The notes below the pieces were generated by a model. It worked only from the letters and a program-made list of their open reading frames with translations. It was not told the DNA's origin and ran no database searches. Source: Macrostomum hystrix (Eukaryota > Animalia > Platyhelminthes). Taken from it: a DNA stretch of 64,000 nucleotides. A program made the translations under genes and the position numbers. Location of the stretch: NCBI GenBank assembly GCA_950097015.1, contig CATNEN010000039.1, positions 4,898,001 to 4,962,000 of the forward strand. Direction: 5' to 3'. Below are positions 1 to 11,810 of this stretch, piece by piece (the first letter of the stretch is position 1; every line of letters begins with the position of its first letter).

Positions 1-395
1 AGGGACAAAACAAGTGGACTAGTTGCACGTGCTTCTCACAGTGTGAGGCGAATTGCGGAGAAAAAGAGAGAAAGATAATTTGGACTTCAAAAACACGCTT
101 CGTTATATAGAGTCATTTTAACGCCAAATTAGGTCGATCGGCGAGGTGGATGCCTGGCTGTAGCTTGAGCCAAGGCGACAAATCGCAGTAGACTTGCGAC
201 CGCCGTTCTGAGCCCCGGGGTCGCTTCTTGCCGAGGGTAGACAGGTAGTGAGGCCGGGTCGCTCGCTGATTGGTCGGGACCGTAGCCCAGGGGTAGCGCT
301 CGCGGGGTGGTGGGCGTCCGTTCCCCCAGCTGGTCCGGCCCGGCTTGGCGTGGATGAACTCTTAGCAAAATACACGTGTCTAAAAATAAGTATTG

Positions 396-726
396 AATAA
401 TAACACGGGGAGATAGAAGGGCAAACAAGCTGACACTACACTAGACCCGCAGCAAGCGTGGAGGCAATTCTGCCCATTTCGCTGACTCTTGAGCACACGC
501 GCACACAGAATTATACTGTACGCAAGCACACGCTTACACAGGTGTGTACATCTGCCCTGACTATCCCATCGTCAGGCAGTGTACACTCTCACTGCACCTT
601 GGAGGTTGGCCCTCAAGGGCCTAAATTGCACGGCTTCGTCCAAAATGAATGTGGCCTCGCCGCTGAATCGAACTCAGGCACCTTGGTATGAGAGGCCAAC
701 GTGTTAACCGCTCTGCCACTCACCCC
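396..726 (-). mobile_element. tRNA-derived SINE, copy 1 (small internal deletion relative to copies 2 and 3)
   Basis: Reverse complement matches 37946-38309 and 53882-54222. It has an A box (TGGCAGAGCGG), a B box (GAGTTCGATTC), a shared body and a TTATTATT tail. Confidence 0.85.
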
Positions 727-730
727 TTAG

Positions 731-3700
731 GTGCTCCTGTTGCTGAAATTTATCCTGAAATCAGCGACAATCATTATCTTGATCGTCCAACCTTTCAACT
801 TCAGATCGACGAGTGTCTGGAGAAGAAATTCAGCACTTCACGGGGCAACGCGCAGCACATCGCCGAGGTTCTGGTGGACACGGTGGCCCAGTTTGACGCC
901 AAAGTCGAGCACCTGGTCCGGGCAGATATGCGGCGGGCAGACGACGGCTTTGTCGTCTTCCTTGAGCGACGCCGTCTGGGTGGCCCCACGTCAATTGATG
1001 GAGACAGACGCGGCGAAGACCTGGAAGAAGTTGAGGGTCAGCTGCGCGTTGGCTGTGAGCTCCTTGTACTTCTGCTGATTTCCCTTTCTGTGTCTGTGGA
1101 CACAGAGATAAAAAGGACCTTAAAAATAGGCTGATGCCGGTGTTAATACATCAAAGCCTTATTTGCGATACCTTATTGCGATTTGCTTAGACGAGTGGTG
1201 ATTCTCACATCTGTTGCCAAGTTAGGAATATTAACAGTGTTTTTTATCTGTCTCAGGTGTTGAGGATTGTTCCATCGGCTCCAATAGACCGGGCGGCTAC
1301 GCCAGTCCCTGTGTTTTTTATCTGTCTCAGGTGTTGAGGATTGTTCCATCGGCTCCAATAGACCGGGCGGCTACGCCAGTCCCTGTGTTTTTTATCTGTC
1401 TCAGGTGTTGAGGATTGTTCCATCGGCTCCAATAGACCGAGCGGCTACGCCAGTCCCTGTGTTTTTTATCTGTCTCAGGTGTTGAGGATTGTTCCATCGG
1501 CTCCAATAGACCGGGCGGCTACGCCAGTCCCTGTGTTTTTTATCTGTCTCAGGTGTTGAGGATTGTTCCATCGGCTCCAATAGACCGGGCGGCTACGCCA
1601 GTCCCTGTGTTTTTTATCTGTCTCAGGTGTTGAGGATTGTTCCATCGGCTCCAATAGACCGGGCGGCTACGCCAGTCCCTGTGTTTTTTATCTGTCTCAG
1701 GTGTTGAGGATTGTTCCATCGGCTCCAATAGACCGGGCGGCTACGCCAGTCCCTGTGTTTTTTATCTGTCTCAGGTGTTGAGGATTGTTCCATCGGCTCC
1801 AATAGACCGGGCGGCTACGCCAGTCCCTGTGTTTTTTATCTGTCTCAGGTGTTGAGGATTGTTCCATCGGCTCCAATAGACCGAGCGGCTACGCCAGTCC
1901 CTGTGTTTTTTATCTGTCTCAGGTGTTGAGGATTGTTCCATCGGCTCCAATAGACCGGGCGGCTACGCCAGTCCCTGTGTTTTTTATCTGTCTCAGGTGT
2001 TGAGGATTGTTCCATCGGCTCCAATAGACCGGGCGGCTACGCCAGTCCCTGTGTTTTTTATCTGTCTCAGGTGTTGAGGATTGTTCCATCGGCTCCAATA
2101 GACCGGGCGGCTACGCCAGTCCCTGTGTTTTTTATCTGTCTCAGGTGTTGAGGATTGTTCCATCGGCTCCAATAGACCGGGCGGCTACGCCAGTCCCTGT
2201 GTTTTTTATCTGTCTCAGGTGTTGAGGATTGTTCCATCGGCTCCAATAGACCGGGCGGCTACGCCAGTCCCTGTGTTTTTTATCTGTCTCAGGTGTTGAG
2301 GATTGTTCCATCGGCTCCAATAGACCGGGCGGCTACGCCAGTCCCTGTGTTTTTTATCTGTCTCAGGTGTTGAGGATTGTTCCATCGGCTCCAATAGACC
2401 GGGCGGCTACGCCAGTCCCTGTGTTTTTTATCTGTCTCAGGTGTTGAGGATTGTTCCATCGGCTCCAATAGACCGGGCGGCTACGCCAGTCCCTGTGTTT
2501 TTTATCTGTCTCAGGTGTTGAGGATTGTTCCATCGGCTCCAATAGACCGGGCGGCTACGCCAGTCCCTGTGTTTTTTATCTGTCTCAGGTGTTGAGGATT
2601 GTTCCATCGGCTCCAATAGACCGGGCGGCTACGCCAGTCCCTGTGTTTTTTATCTGTCTCAGGTGTTGAGGATTGTTCCATCGGCTCCAATAGACCGGGC
2701 GGCTACGCCAGTCCCTGTGTTTTTTATCTGTCTCAGGTGTTGAGGATTGTTCCATCGGCTCCAATAGACCGGGCGGCTACGCCAGTCCCTGTGTTTTTTA
2801 TCTGTCTCAGGTGTTGAGGATTGTTCCATCGGCTCCAATAGACCGGGCGGCTACGCCAGTCCCTGTGTTTTTTATCTGTCTCAGGTGTTGAGGATTGTTC
2901 CATCGGCTCCAATAGACCGGGCGGCTACGCCAGTCCCTGTGTTTTTTATCTGTCTCAGGTGTTGAGGATTGTTCCATCGGCTCCAATAGACCGGGCGGCT
3001 ACGCCAGTCCCTGTGTTTTTTATCTGTCTCAGGTGTTGAGGATTGTTCCATCGGCTCCAATAGACCGGGCGGCTACGCCAGTCCCTGTGTTTTTTATCTG
3101 TCTCAGGTGTTGAGGATTGTTCCATCGGCTCCAATAGACCGGGCGGCTACGCCAGTCCCTGTGTTTTTTATCTGTCTCAGGTGTTGAGGATTGTTCCATC
3201 GGCTCCAATAGACCGGGCGGCTACGCCAGTCCCTGCTGCCCTCGAGTCTGGTTCCTGGCTAGAAACTACGGGCTAGCAACCACCGCCCGGATGCTGCTGC
3301 GCTACGAGGCTCTGGGCACAGGAAGCCTCCAGTGGGGCGACCCCGTCACGGTGCACCACACGCTCTACCACCTCATGGGCGTTCGCTACGAGGGCTTCGC
3401 CTCGCCGCTGAACTCAAAACTGCTTGGGCTGCCCGGAGCCGCTTTCTGCAGCTTGTTCCCCGACACTGATGCTCCCTTTGGCAGCCTTGGCGACTTCTTT
3501 AGCATTGACTTTAGCGAACATCCCGGCGGCTGGACTGTCAATCCGCCCTTCATCGAGGAGCTCATGCTTCGCGTTGCGGATAAAATTCTGGACTATCTGG
3601 ATGGGTGACTGCGGCATCTTAAATCACTGGAACTTTTAGACCCTGAACCTCAGTGCCTCTCCAGCTTCTCTCAGCCTGAACCCTCAGGCTTCCTCCGCTA

Positions 3701-4520
3701 CCCTCTCCCTGAACCCTCAGGCTTCCTCCGCTACCCTCTCCCTGAACCCTCAGGCTTCCTCCGCTCTCCCTGAACCCTCAGGCCTCCACCGCTACCCTCT
3801 CCCTAAACCCTCAGGCTTCCTCCGCTCTCCCTGAACCCTCAGGCCTCCACCGCTACCCTCTCCCTGAACCATCAGTGTGTATCCCGCAATCTAGGAGTGG
3901 TAATGGTGATACATGCTATAACCAGACGGCGCACCGATCTTTCAGAGACGCCGGCGGTGCCGCCTGGTTTTTCGTCACATTTCCGCGCTGGACCGACTGT
4001 CCGGGCTGGCTGCGGCTAGACAGCTCGGCCTACAGACTGCAGCTGCTCGACTTGACGCCCCAGAGCTTCACTGTCCAGGTGTGGGCCGATTTACTGGAGA
4101 TTTTCGGGCCGATTTTCTCTTACCGTCGATTTTCTGATATCGTCGATTTTCTCTTACCGTCGATTTTCTGATATTATGGATTTTCTGATATTGCCATTTT
4201 TTAAATCGATCGTTAAATATCGATAGATGGTTTGTCAGTGTGTCGAGAATTACCTGATCACTCTATCAATCTGTTTCATTAATACGAGTGTATTTTACTG
4301 AATCTGCTAAGCACATTTCTCCTTCCCGAAACTTTCAAAGGACTGCTACGGCAACGTCCTGCGGCCGCGAATGACACTCAGCATCTTTGCCATGGGCCGC
4401 CGACTACCCAACGACACTGACTGGCACGGCGCCGTTCAACGATGCTTCACGTCCGTCGATATTGGCCGAGTGCGCACCGTCTGGATGACCCACTGCCTCA
4501 AACACATTGACACTCACTGA
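731..4520 (+). CDS. PCIF1/CAPAM-like cap-adenosine N6-methyltransferase domain protein, 5' partial. Exons 731-1054, 3181-3604, 3946-4078, 4341-4520
   Basis: GT-AG junctions are phase-consistent (1,1,2,0). Motifs LLRYE, EGFASPLN, FCSLFPDTDAPFGSLGDFF, catalytic NPPF and FFVTFPRW match the PCIF1 methyltransferase domain. The start codon and upstream exon were not identified. Confidence 0.8.
1237..3234 (+). repeat. 74-bp tandem array, 27 near-identical copies. Each unit is 20 nt of intron 3' end (gtgttttttatctgtctcag) plus the first 54 nt of the exon
   Basis: Period 74: acceptor AG at 1255-56 through 3179-80 spans 26 x 74. Only two copies carry a G>A variant (about 1440 and 1884). Confidence 0.97.
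3677..3870 (+). repeat. Intronic ~27-33-bp minisatellite (ctgaaccctcaggcttcctccgctaccctctcc)
   Basis: About 6 direct tandem copies. Confidence 0.9.
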
Positions 4521-4676
4521 CACTCACTGACACTCACTGACACTCACTGACACTCACTGACGCTCTCTGACACTCACTGACACTCACTGACACTCACTGA
4601 CGCTCTCTGACACTCACTGACACTCACTGACACTCACTGACGCTCTCTGACACTCACTGACACTCACTGACACTCT
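4509..4676 (+). repeat. 10-bp repeat (cactcactga)n overlapping the stop codon of the PCIF1-like gene
   Basis: About 17 copies; the first copy supplies the TGA at 4518-4520. Confidence 0.9.
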
Positions 4677-5413
4677 CGGGATCGGGATTAGGTTTTAACG
4701 TTGTCGATAATAAACCGTGGTGTCTGACAATAATAAGCACAGACCACATGTGTATCACTGTGTCCACCATTTTTTGTAGTTATCGTGCACCTCATTGTCT
4801 TTAAGTCGAATGCCCGAATGGAAGCTGTAAGGAGTGATGAGCGAGAGACCGATAATTTGTGTAGACGAAAAAGCCTTAAGCGAAGTAGGCTCTGAGCAAT
4901 CGATTATATTTTATATTAGGTGATGAACATGCGCGTGATAGGTGCAGATGTACATTAATCGCTCGCAACTCTACGCACACTACGATAACTCAGGGCCCAC
5001 AGCTAACACGACTGAATGAACGCGCGCCCACTGGGCGCCTACAGATGCGTCAGAGCCAACAGTAATTGAGAACAGTGCTTTTCGCTTGTACTTTACTGGC
5101 TGTACTGAATGTCGTTTCAGTCGCGAAGTAAACTTTTAATCTCTCCATACCGCTGCCGACACATTTAGAGCTGAACTAAAAAAACTAGCGAAAATATATC
5201 GACCATAAGTGATAAGATCTATGTGAATATATAGATAAATAATGCACGCTTCGATCTGGATCTCTCGAAAACGAACAGACCCACGAAATCGACCGGTTAA
5301 AGGAGCCACGACTGATAAAAACTAGCTCGAGTTTTACTTCTGTTGGCAAAATATTACTTTTGCTCTCACAATCTTTAAAGCAACATTCTTCTGCTTGCTT
5401 GCATGGTTACACT

Positions 5414-8400
5414 ATGGAGGAAGGTAAGCAAATGCGGGACTCGAGCTTGAATCATGGCCGGGGTCAAAGCCCTACCCATAGCAGATCCCTCAGTGCGAGC
5501 ACGGGGGTCAAAGCCCTCCCCATAGCAGATCCCTCAGTGCGAGCACGGGGTCAAAGCCCTCTCGACAGCAGATCCCTCAGTGCGAGCACGGGGTCAAAGC
5601 CCTCCCCACAGCAGATCCCTCAGTGCGAGCACGGGGTCAAAGCCCTCCCCATAGCAGATCCCTCAGTGCGAGCACGGGGTCAAAGCCCTCTCGACAGCAG
5701 ATCCCTCAGTGCGAGCACGGGGTCAAAGCCCTCCCCACAGCAGATCCCTCAGTGCGAGCACGGGGTCAAAGCCCTCCCCATAGCAGATCCCTCAGTGCGA
5801 GCACGGGGTCAAAGCCCTCTCGACAGCAGATCCCTCAGTGCGAGCACGGGGTCAAAGCCCTCCCCACAGCAGATCCCTCAGTGCGAGCACGGGGTCAAAG
5901 CCCTCCCCATAGCAGATCCCTCAGTGCGAGCACGGGCTCAAAGCCCTCCCCATAGCAGATCCCTCAGTGCGAGCACGGGGTCAAAGCCCTCTCGACAGCA
6001 GATCCCTCAGTGCGAGCACGGGGGTCAAAGCCCTCTCCTCCCCTCCCCTTCAGAGATTCCGCCTACAAAGGCGGACCTGCAACCTGCCAAGTTCGGTCGG
6101 CCGATGCTCGAGCAGCACTTTCCGCACGTGGCCCGTCGCGGTGTTCTGATGCTCAACAATGGCTCATTCGGTGTGGCTCCGAAATGCGTTCTGGACCGCA
6201 AGCAGAGGTCAGCGAAATGTCCTGACAGTTGTCTGACACAAAGCCTCTGACACAAAGCCTCTGACACAAAGCCTCTGACACAAAGCCTCTGACACAAAGC
6301 CTCTGACACAAAGCCTCTGACACAAAGCCTCTGACACAAAGCCTCTGACACAAAGCCTCTGACACAAAGCCTCTGACACAAAGCCTCTGACACAAAGCCT
6401 CTGACACAAAGCCTCTGACACAAAGCCTCTGACACAAAGCCTCTGACACAAAGCCTCTGACACAAAGCCTCTGACACAAAGCCTCTGACACAAAGCCTCT
6501 GACACAAAGCCTCTGACACAAAGCCTCTGACACAAAGCATCTGACACAAAGCCTCTGACACAAAACCTCTGGCACAAAGCCTCTGACACAGATTCTCTGA
6601 CACAAATTCTCTGACACAAATTCTCTGACACAAAGCCTCTGACACAAAGCCTCTGACACAAAGCCTCTGACACAAAACCTCTGGCACAAAGCCTCTGACA
6701 CAGATTCTCTGACACAAATTCTCTGACACAAATTCTCTGACACAAACTCTCTGATACAGATTCTCTGACACAGCCTCTGACACAAAGCCTCTAGTCTCTG
6801 ACACAAAGCCTCTAGTCTCTGACACAAAGCCTCTAGTCTCTGACACAAAGCCTCTAGTCTCTGACACAAAGCCTCTAGTCTCTGACACAAAGCCTCTAGT
6901 CTCTGACACAAAGCCTCTAGTCTCTGACACAAAGCCTCTAGTCTCTGACACAAAGCCTCTAGTCTCTGACACAAAGCCTCTATCTAGTCTCTGACACAAA
7001 GCCTCTGACACAAAGCCTCTGACACAAAGCCTCTGACACAAAGCCTCTGAGACCCGCAGCCTGACTGACGAGTTCGAGTCGTTCGCCGACGAGTTCTGCC
7101 GGCTGCGCCAGGTGGAGCTGAACTTCAACAGCGTCGCCTGCATCGCCAAGCAGCTGGGACTGCGGCCGGCTCAGTGCGTCCTGCTGGATAATGTCACTGT
7201 CGGAGTGTCGAACATTCTCAACCAGCTGATGGCCCTGGAGCCAGAGGACTCCGAGGTGCTCGTCAACAGCTGGACTTTCGGCTCCGTGAAGATGGCCGCG
7301 ACCGAGGCCGGACGCACTCGGGAGAAAGCGCCGGAGGTGGCGCTGCAGCTGCCGATCAACTCGGCCGACGATGTGCTGCGCGCGGTGGCGGAGGAGCTGG
7401 ACAGGCGGCCGAGGGTTCGCATCGCCGTGTTCGGTGGGCAAATTCGATTCGGAGCCCGAAACTGAAACTGAAACCGGACCCGAACCCGAAATCGAACCCG
7501 AAACCGAACTCGAACCCGAAACCGAGCTCGAATCCGAAACCGAGCTCGAACCCGAAACCGAACTCGAAAACGAAACATAAACCAATTCTGATACTAAAGC
7601 CGAAACTGATATCAAACAGAAGTCAAAGCAAACCCAAAAAGAGCCAGAACAGAGCCTTTCCTGAACCAGAAACCGAAACTGAAACCAACCCAAAGCAGAT
7701 GGAGACTGAAACAATATCCGAAACCGAAACAATATCCGAAACCGAAACAATATCCGAAACCGAAACAATATCCGAAGCCCAACAAAGTGGCTGAGTCTCG
7801 ATCAAACCACCTCCCTAATTCACAGACCACATCACTAGCACGACGGCCTGCCTGATGCCGGTGAAGGCTCTGACGGCATTGTGCCACAGCCGCGGAGTCA
7901 AGGTCATCATCGACGGAGCACACGCCCTCGGCCAGGTGGCGGACCTGAACATCGAGGACATCGGCGCCGACTTCTACCTCGGCAACCTCAACAAGTGGTA
8001 CTTTCTGCCAAAGTCAGTGGCCCTCATGTGGGTCAGCGAGCCTAACGTGAGTGTCATGAAGCCGGACATTGTCTCCTTTCTGTTCCACGACGATGTACTG
8101 CCGAACCGGTACGCCTATCTGGGCACCAGAGACAACAGCAGCTTCTACGTGATTCCCGAGGTGGTCAGGTTTGTTGACGAGGTCTGCGGCGGCTGGGTGA
8201 GTTCGATTGCTGCATATTTGAGTCCCACCTGGTGCTAGATCTTGGAGTCTAGGATCTTGGATCTTGGAGCACCAGGTAGGAGTCCTACCTGGTGCTAGAT
8301 TGAGTCCTACCTGGTGCTAGATCTTGGAGTCCTTCCTGGTGCCAGATCTAGAAGTCCTATCTGGTAATATATTTTGAGAATTCTGGAGTCGTTTCGCGAG

Positions 8401-8891
8401 AATGTTAAATCACGTGACCCACTCCGCCGGGCAGGCCAGAGTGCACGAGTACTGCAGCGGGCTGGCTGAGGAGGCCAGCTCTCACCTGGCCAAGGTGTGG
8501 AGCTCCGTAGAGGCGCCACTGCCGCCTGACATGCGGGCGCCCTTCATGCGGCTCATTCGGCTGCCGCAGCACCTGCAGCGGCCCGCCATCAGGGAGGCTG
8601 TGAGTTGAATCACTTGAGATCCACTGGACATTTTTACTTCTTTTTTTATTGATTTTCAGAGCCTTACAAAATGGAATCGTGTCTCAATCTCCACAGACCC
8701 AGGAAACCAGGCTAGCTAGCGATATCTGGAGAGTCTTGTCCTACCAGCTCAAATTGAATGTTCGCATTGTTGACATCCAAGATGTGCTGTACGTTCGCAT
8801 CTGCGCGTCAATCACGGTTGACATGGACGACGTTCGACTCCTGGGTGAAACTATGATGAAACTCACGGAGGCTGACTTCGTTGTCAAGTGA
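5414..8891 (+). CDS. PLP-dependent aminotransferase class-V C-S lyase (hercynylcysteine sulfoxide lyase Egt2 / L-cysteine desulfhydrase / isopenicillin-N epimerase-like), about 422 aa. Exons 5414-5423, 6054-6207, 7060-7433, 7826-8196, 8435-8599, 8697-8891
   Basis: The spliced ORF is 1269 nt and in frame. Motifs: LNNGSFGVAP, DHITS, DGAHALGQ, DFYLGNLNKW (PLP lysine), GTRD, YVRICA. Confidence 0.88.
5459..6033 (+). repeat. Intronic 43-bp minisatellite with a 3-unit (129-bp) higher-order pattern
   Basis: Unit agcagatccctcagtgcgagcacggggtcaaagccct..., cycling the endings ccccat / ctcgac / ccccac. Confidence 0.92.
6232..7050 (+). repeat. Intronic 14-bp minisatellite (ctgacacaaagcct) with a 21-bp variant block
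   Basis: Direct tandem copies filling intron 2 of the lyase gene. Confidence 0.95.
7455..7778 (+). repeat. Intronic degenerate (ccgaaa/ctcgaa) 6/18-bp repeats
   Basis: Seen directly in intron 3 of the lyase gene. Confidence 0.8.
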
Positions 8892-9261
8892 AGCCTTTTA
8901 ATTGCAAAAAACGTGTAAAAGCATCTTGGTCTCGGCTTGAAGACGAGTGCTCAAGTTTGAAAGAAACTTCCTTCCTTCTTATCTTTGCAGTGGGGCCGAT
9001 GATTTCTCAGTTATTACTTAGGCGGGCATTGTTCTCGATTTTGTTAGTTTGAATTCTGCGTTGGTGATGATGATTTGGAGCTTTTACACCACAAACTACT
9101 AACAGTACGATCGGCAAGAGTGTCATTTTACGCAAAAATATACCTTTGTCAATGGAGTGAATACGTTTTTGTTTAAATCATGTGCAAAACAAGCCTTCAG
9201 AGATCGAGATCAGTGTTCAGGATTACTGCATGGTGATCGGAATCACGGAGATCAGTATCAT

Positions 9262-9700
9262 TGGGATTGGGATCATGGGGATCGGTACCATGGGGATCTG
9301 ATCATGGGGATCGGGATCGTGCAGATCGGGATCATAGGGATCGGGATCATGGGGAATGGGATCATGGGGATCGGAATCGTGCAGATCGGGATCATAGGGA
9401 TCGGGATCATGGGGATTGGGATCATGGGGATCGGGATCGTGGAGATCGGGATCATAGGGATCGTGATCATGGGGATTGGGATCATGGGGATCGGGATCGT
9501 GGAGATCGGGATCATAGGGATCGGGATCAAAGGGATCGGTACCATGGGGAACAGAATCATGGGGATCGGTACCATGCGCAGATCGGGATCAGGGATCTGG
9601 TATCGAAGTTTAGGGATCAGGGATCTGGTATCGAAGTTTGGGGATCAGGGATCTGGTATCGAAGTTTGGGGATCAGGGATCTGGTATCGAAGTTTTGGGG
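9262..9700 (+). repeat. gggatc-based compound minisatellite
   Basis: atcatggggatcggg repeats followed by gggatcagggatctggtatcgaagttt units. Confidence 0.88.
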
Positions 9701-10579
9701 ACCAGATACGGAAGTTTTGCCTTTGTCTGTCAATTTCATAACTTGTAACTAAAGAATTCGCATTCTAGCATGCGTTCGTACTCTCGCAAAATATGTTTCC
9801 ATCCCTACTGGCAGTAGAGCAGGGATACTTATCTCTTATTCAGCGAAGTCCGGAGCAAAATAAAAATGCATTTTAACTAAATCGAAATCGAACAGAACAC
9901 GGGGATTAATGTGTTTGCACTTTCTACTCGTAGAATTTGCGAAGTCATTTGCGCACGAGGTCCTTGAGTGCATGGCTTTCACGTGACTTGCCGTGTCATT
10001 AATCTCCAATCAACAATGTAGCTGCTTGGCCAGAATCAACAACAGAAAAACGAGACTGCGCAGTTAAATTTCGCTGTCCTTGGCTCGCACCCTCGAAATT
10101 CGTTACTTCTCAAGTCGCGTAAGTTTTTACGTCTCGACATTTTGGCGTCAAAGAGATTAAGGAATTTGAATACGAACAAGTGGAATGTTTTTTGCCAAGA
10201 AAATTTCAACTTTTTGAAAGAAAAAATACGCAGAACAGCGACTCCTAATCTAAACGGGGAATTGGACGAGGGCAATGTGAGTGCCCAGCGCCGGAGAACT
10301 GGGAGAGGGAGGGCCGAGTCCGCAAACTGGTGCCCACCTGTCCTAGTAAGTGGTCCACCAGCCCCCGCCACACGACCTGTACGCCGGCCACGACTGGCGC
10401 GTTTTTCACAATCTTAATCGAATGAAAATGCAGAAACACAAGATTATTCAGTGGGTGAAATGGGAGATAAAAAAGCTGGGAGAATATTAGAATTTAGAAT
10501 TTGAATTTAGCGACAGGAAACAGGATTTTTGTGGATGCAATGGAGAGATGTTCTAGTTGCAAAAACAGCGAGACTTATG

Positions 10580-11130
10580 GACGAAAAGATGAGAATTGTG
10601 TGTAGGACGAAAGGGAAGATTTGTGCGTACGACAAAAGGGGAGAATTGTGAGTACGACAAAGGGGAAAATTGTGAGTAGGACGAAATGGGAGAATTTTGA
10701 GTACGTAAAAATGGGAGAATTGTGAGTTGGACAAAGGGGGGGAATTGTGAGTTGGACAAAAGGGGAGAATTTTGAGTTGGACAAAAAAAGGAGAATTGTG
10801 ACTTCGACAAAAGGGGAGAATTGTGAGCAGGAAAAAAATGGGAGAATTGTGATTTGGACAGAAGGGGAGAATTGTGAGTACGAAAAAATGGGGGAATTGT
10901 GATTTGGACAAAAGGGGAGAATTGTGAGTACGAAAAAATGGGGGAATTGTGATTTGGACAAAAGGGGAGAATTGTGAGTACGAAAAAATGGGAGAATTGT
11001 GAGTACGAAAAAATGAGAATTGTGAGTACGAAAAAATGGGAGAATTGTGATTTAGACAAAAGGGGAGAATTTTGAGTTGGAAGAACAGGGGAGATTTTTA
11101 AGTAGGATAAACGGGGAAGATTTTTTAGTT
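10580..11130 (+). repeat. Degenerate ~24-bp minisatellite (gggagaattgtgagtacgaaaaaa)
   Basis: About 22 diverged tandem copies. Confidence 0.85.
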
Positions 11131-11810
11131 GGACAAAAGAGGTAGCTTTGTTGTAGCAGAAGGGGAAATTAATAATTGGCAGGCAAAGTGGACATTGTCA
11201 AGGGTGACAAACTGGTGCGGTGAAGCGCACATAAATTTGACAATTTAGCACAGTTTTTTAGACTAAGTGGTCACAATGATAGCTAGGGCACGTGGCTGTG
11301 AAAACAGCATCGGTTATTTTAACATCAATTAGTAGCAAAGATTTCAATGGCCAACAAACAGCACGCATGGGTGCAAAGCAATAAAATAAGCAGTTCAATT
11401 GTATTCAGACTGCTAAGCTTATCTGTGTGGTGGGCCATTTTAACTGTATGAATCTGTTGCAGGCAGAAACGGTATTGTGCCTGTCTGTTTTACGTATCTG
11501 AGCAATAGATATTTATCTAGATAATTGTGCTTTACCTGCATCTAAGTCCAACTCTGTGTCTCTCTGTGTCTGTGTGTGTTCAAACTGACTGCTAACTGGG
11601 TTAGTACGGGTTCATAAAGTATACATTTCATCTTTGTTTAGCCAGACTGGGGGGTCCAAGACATGGCGAGGGTGTTGGACACTTCATAAAAACTTCAGTC
11701 GTCTAATTTGAGAATGGCATTTCCTTAGCGAGCACTGCTGTTTGTCTATTCATGATTGTAACTACTCAAACTCGTATTTAACATACTTTGATTCGTGCTT
11801 ATTGACCCCT

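Noticed and set aside
1237-3234. CRISPR-like array
   Set aside because: Units are fully identical with no unique spacers, there are no cas genes, and the context is a eukaryotic intron. The same applies to all other arrays.
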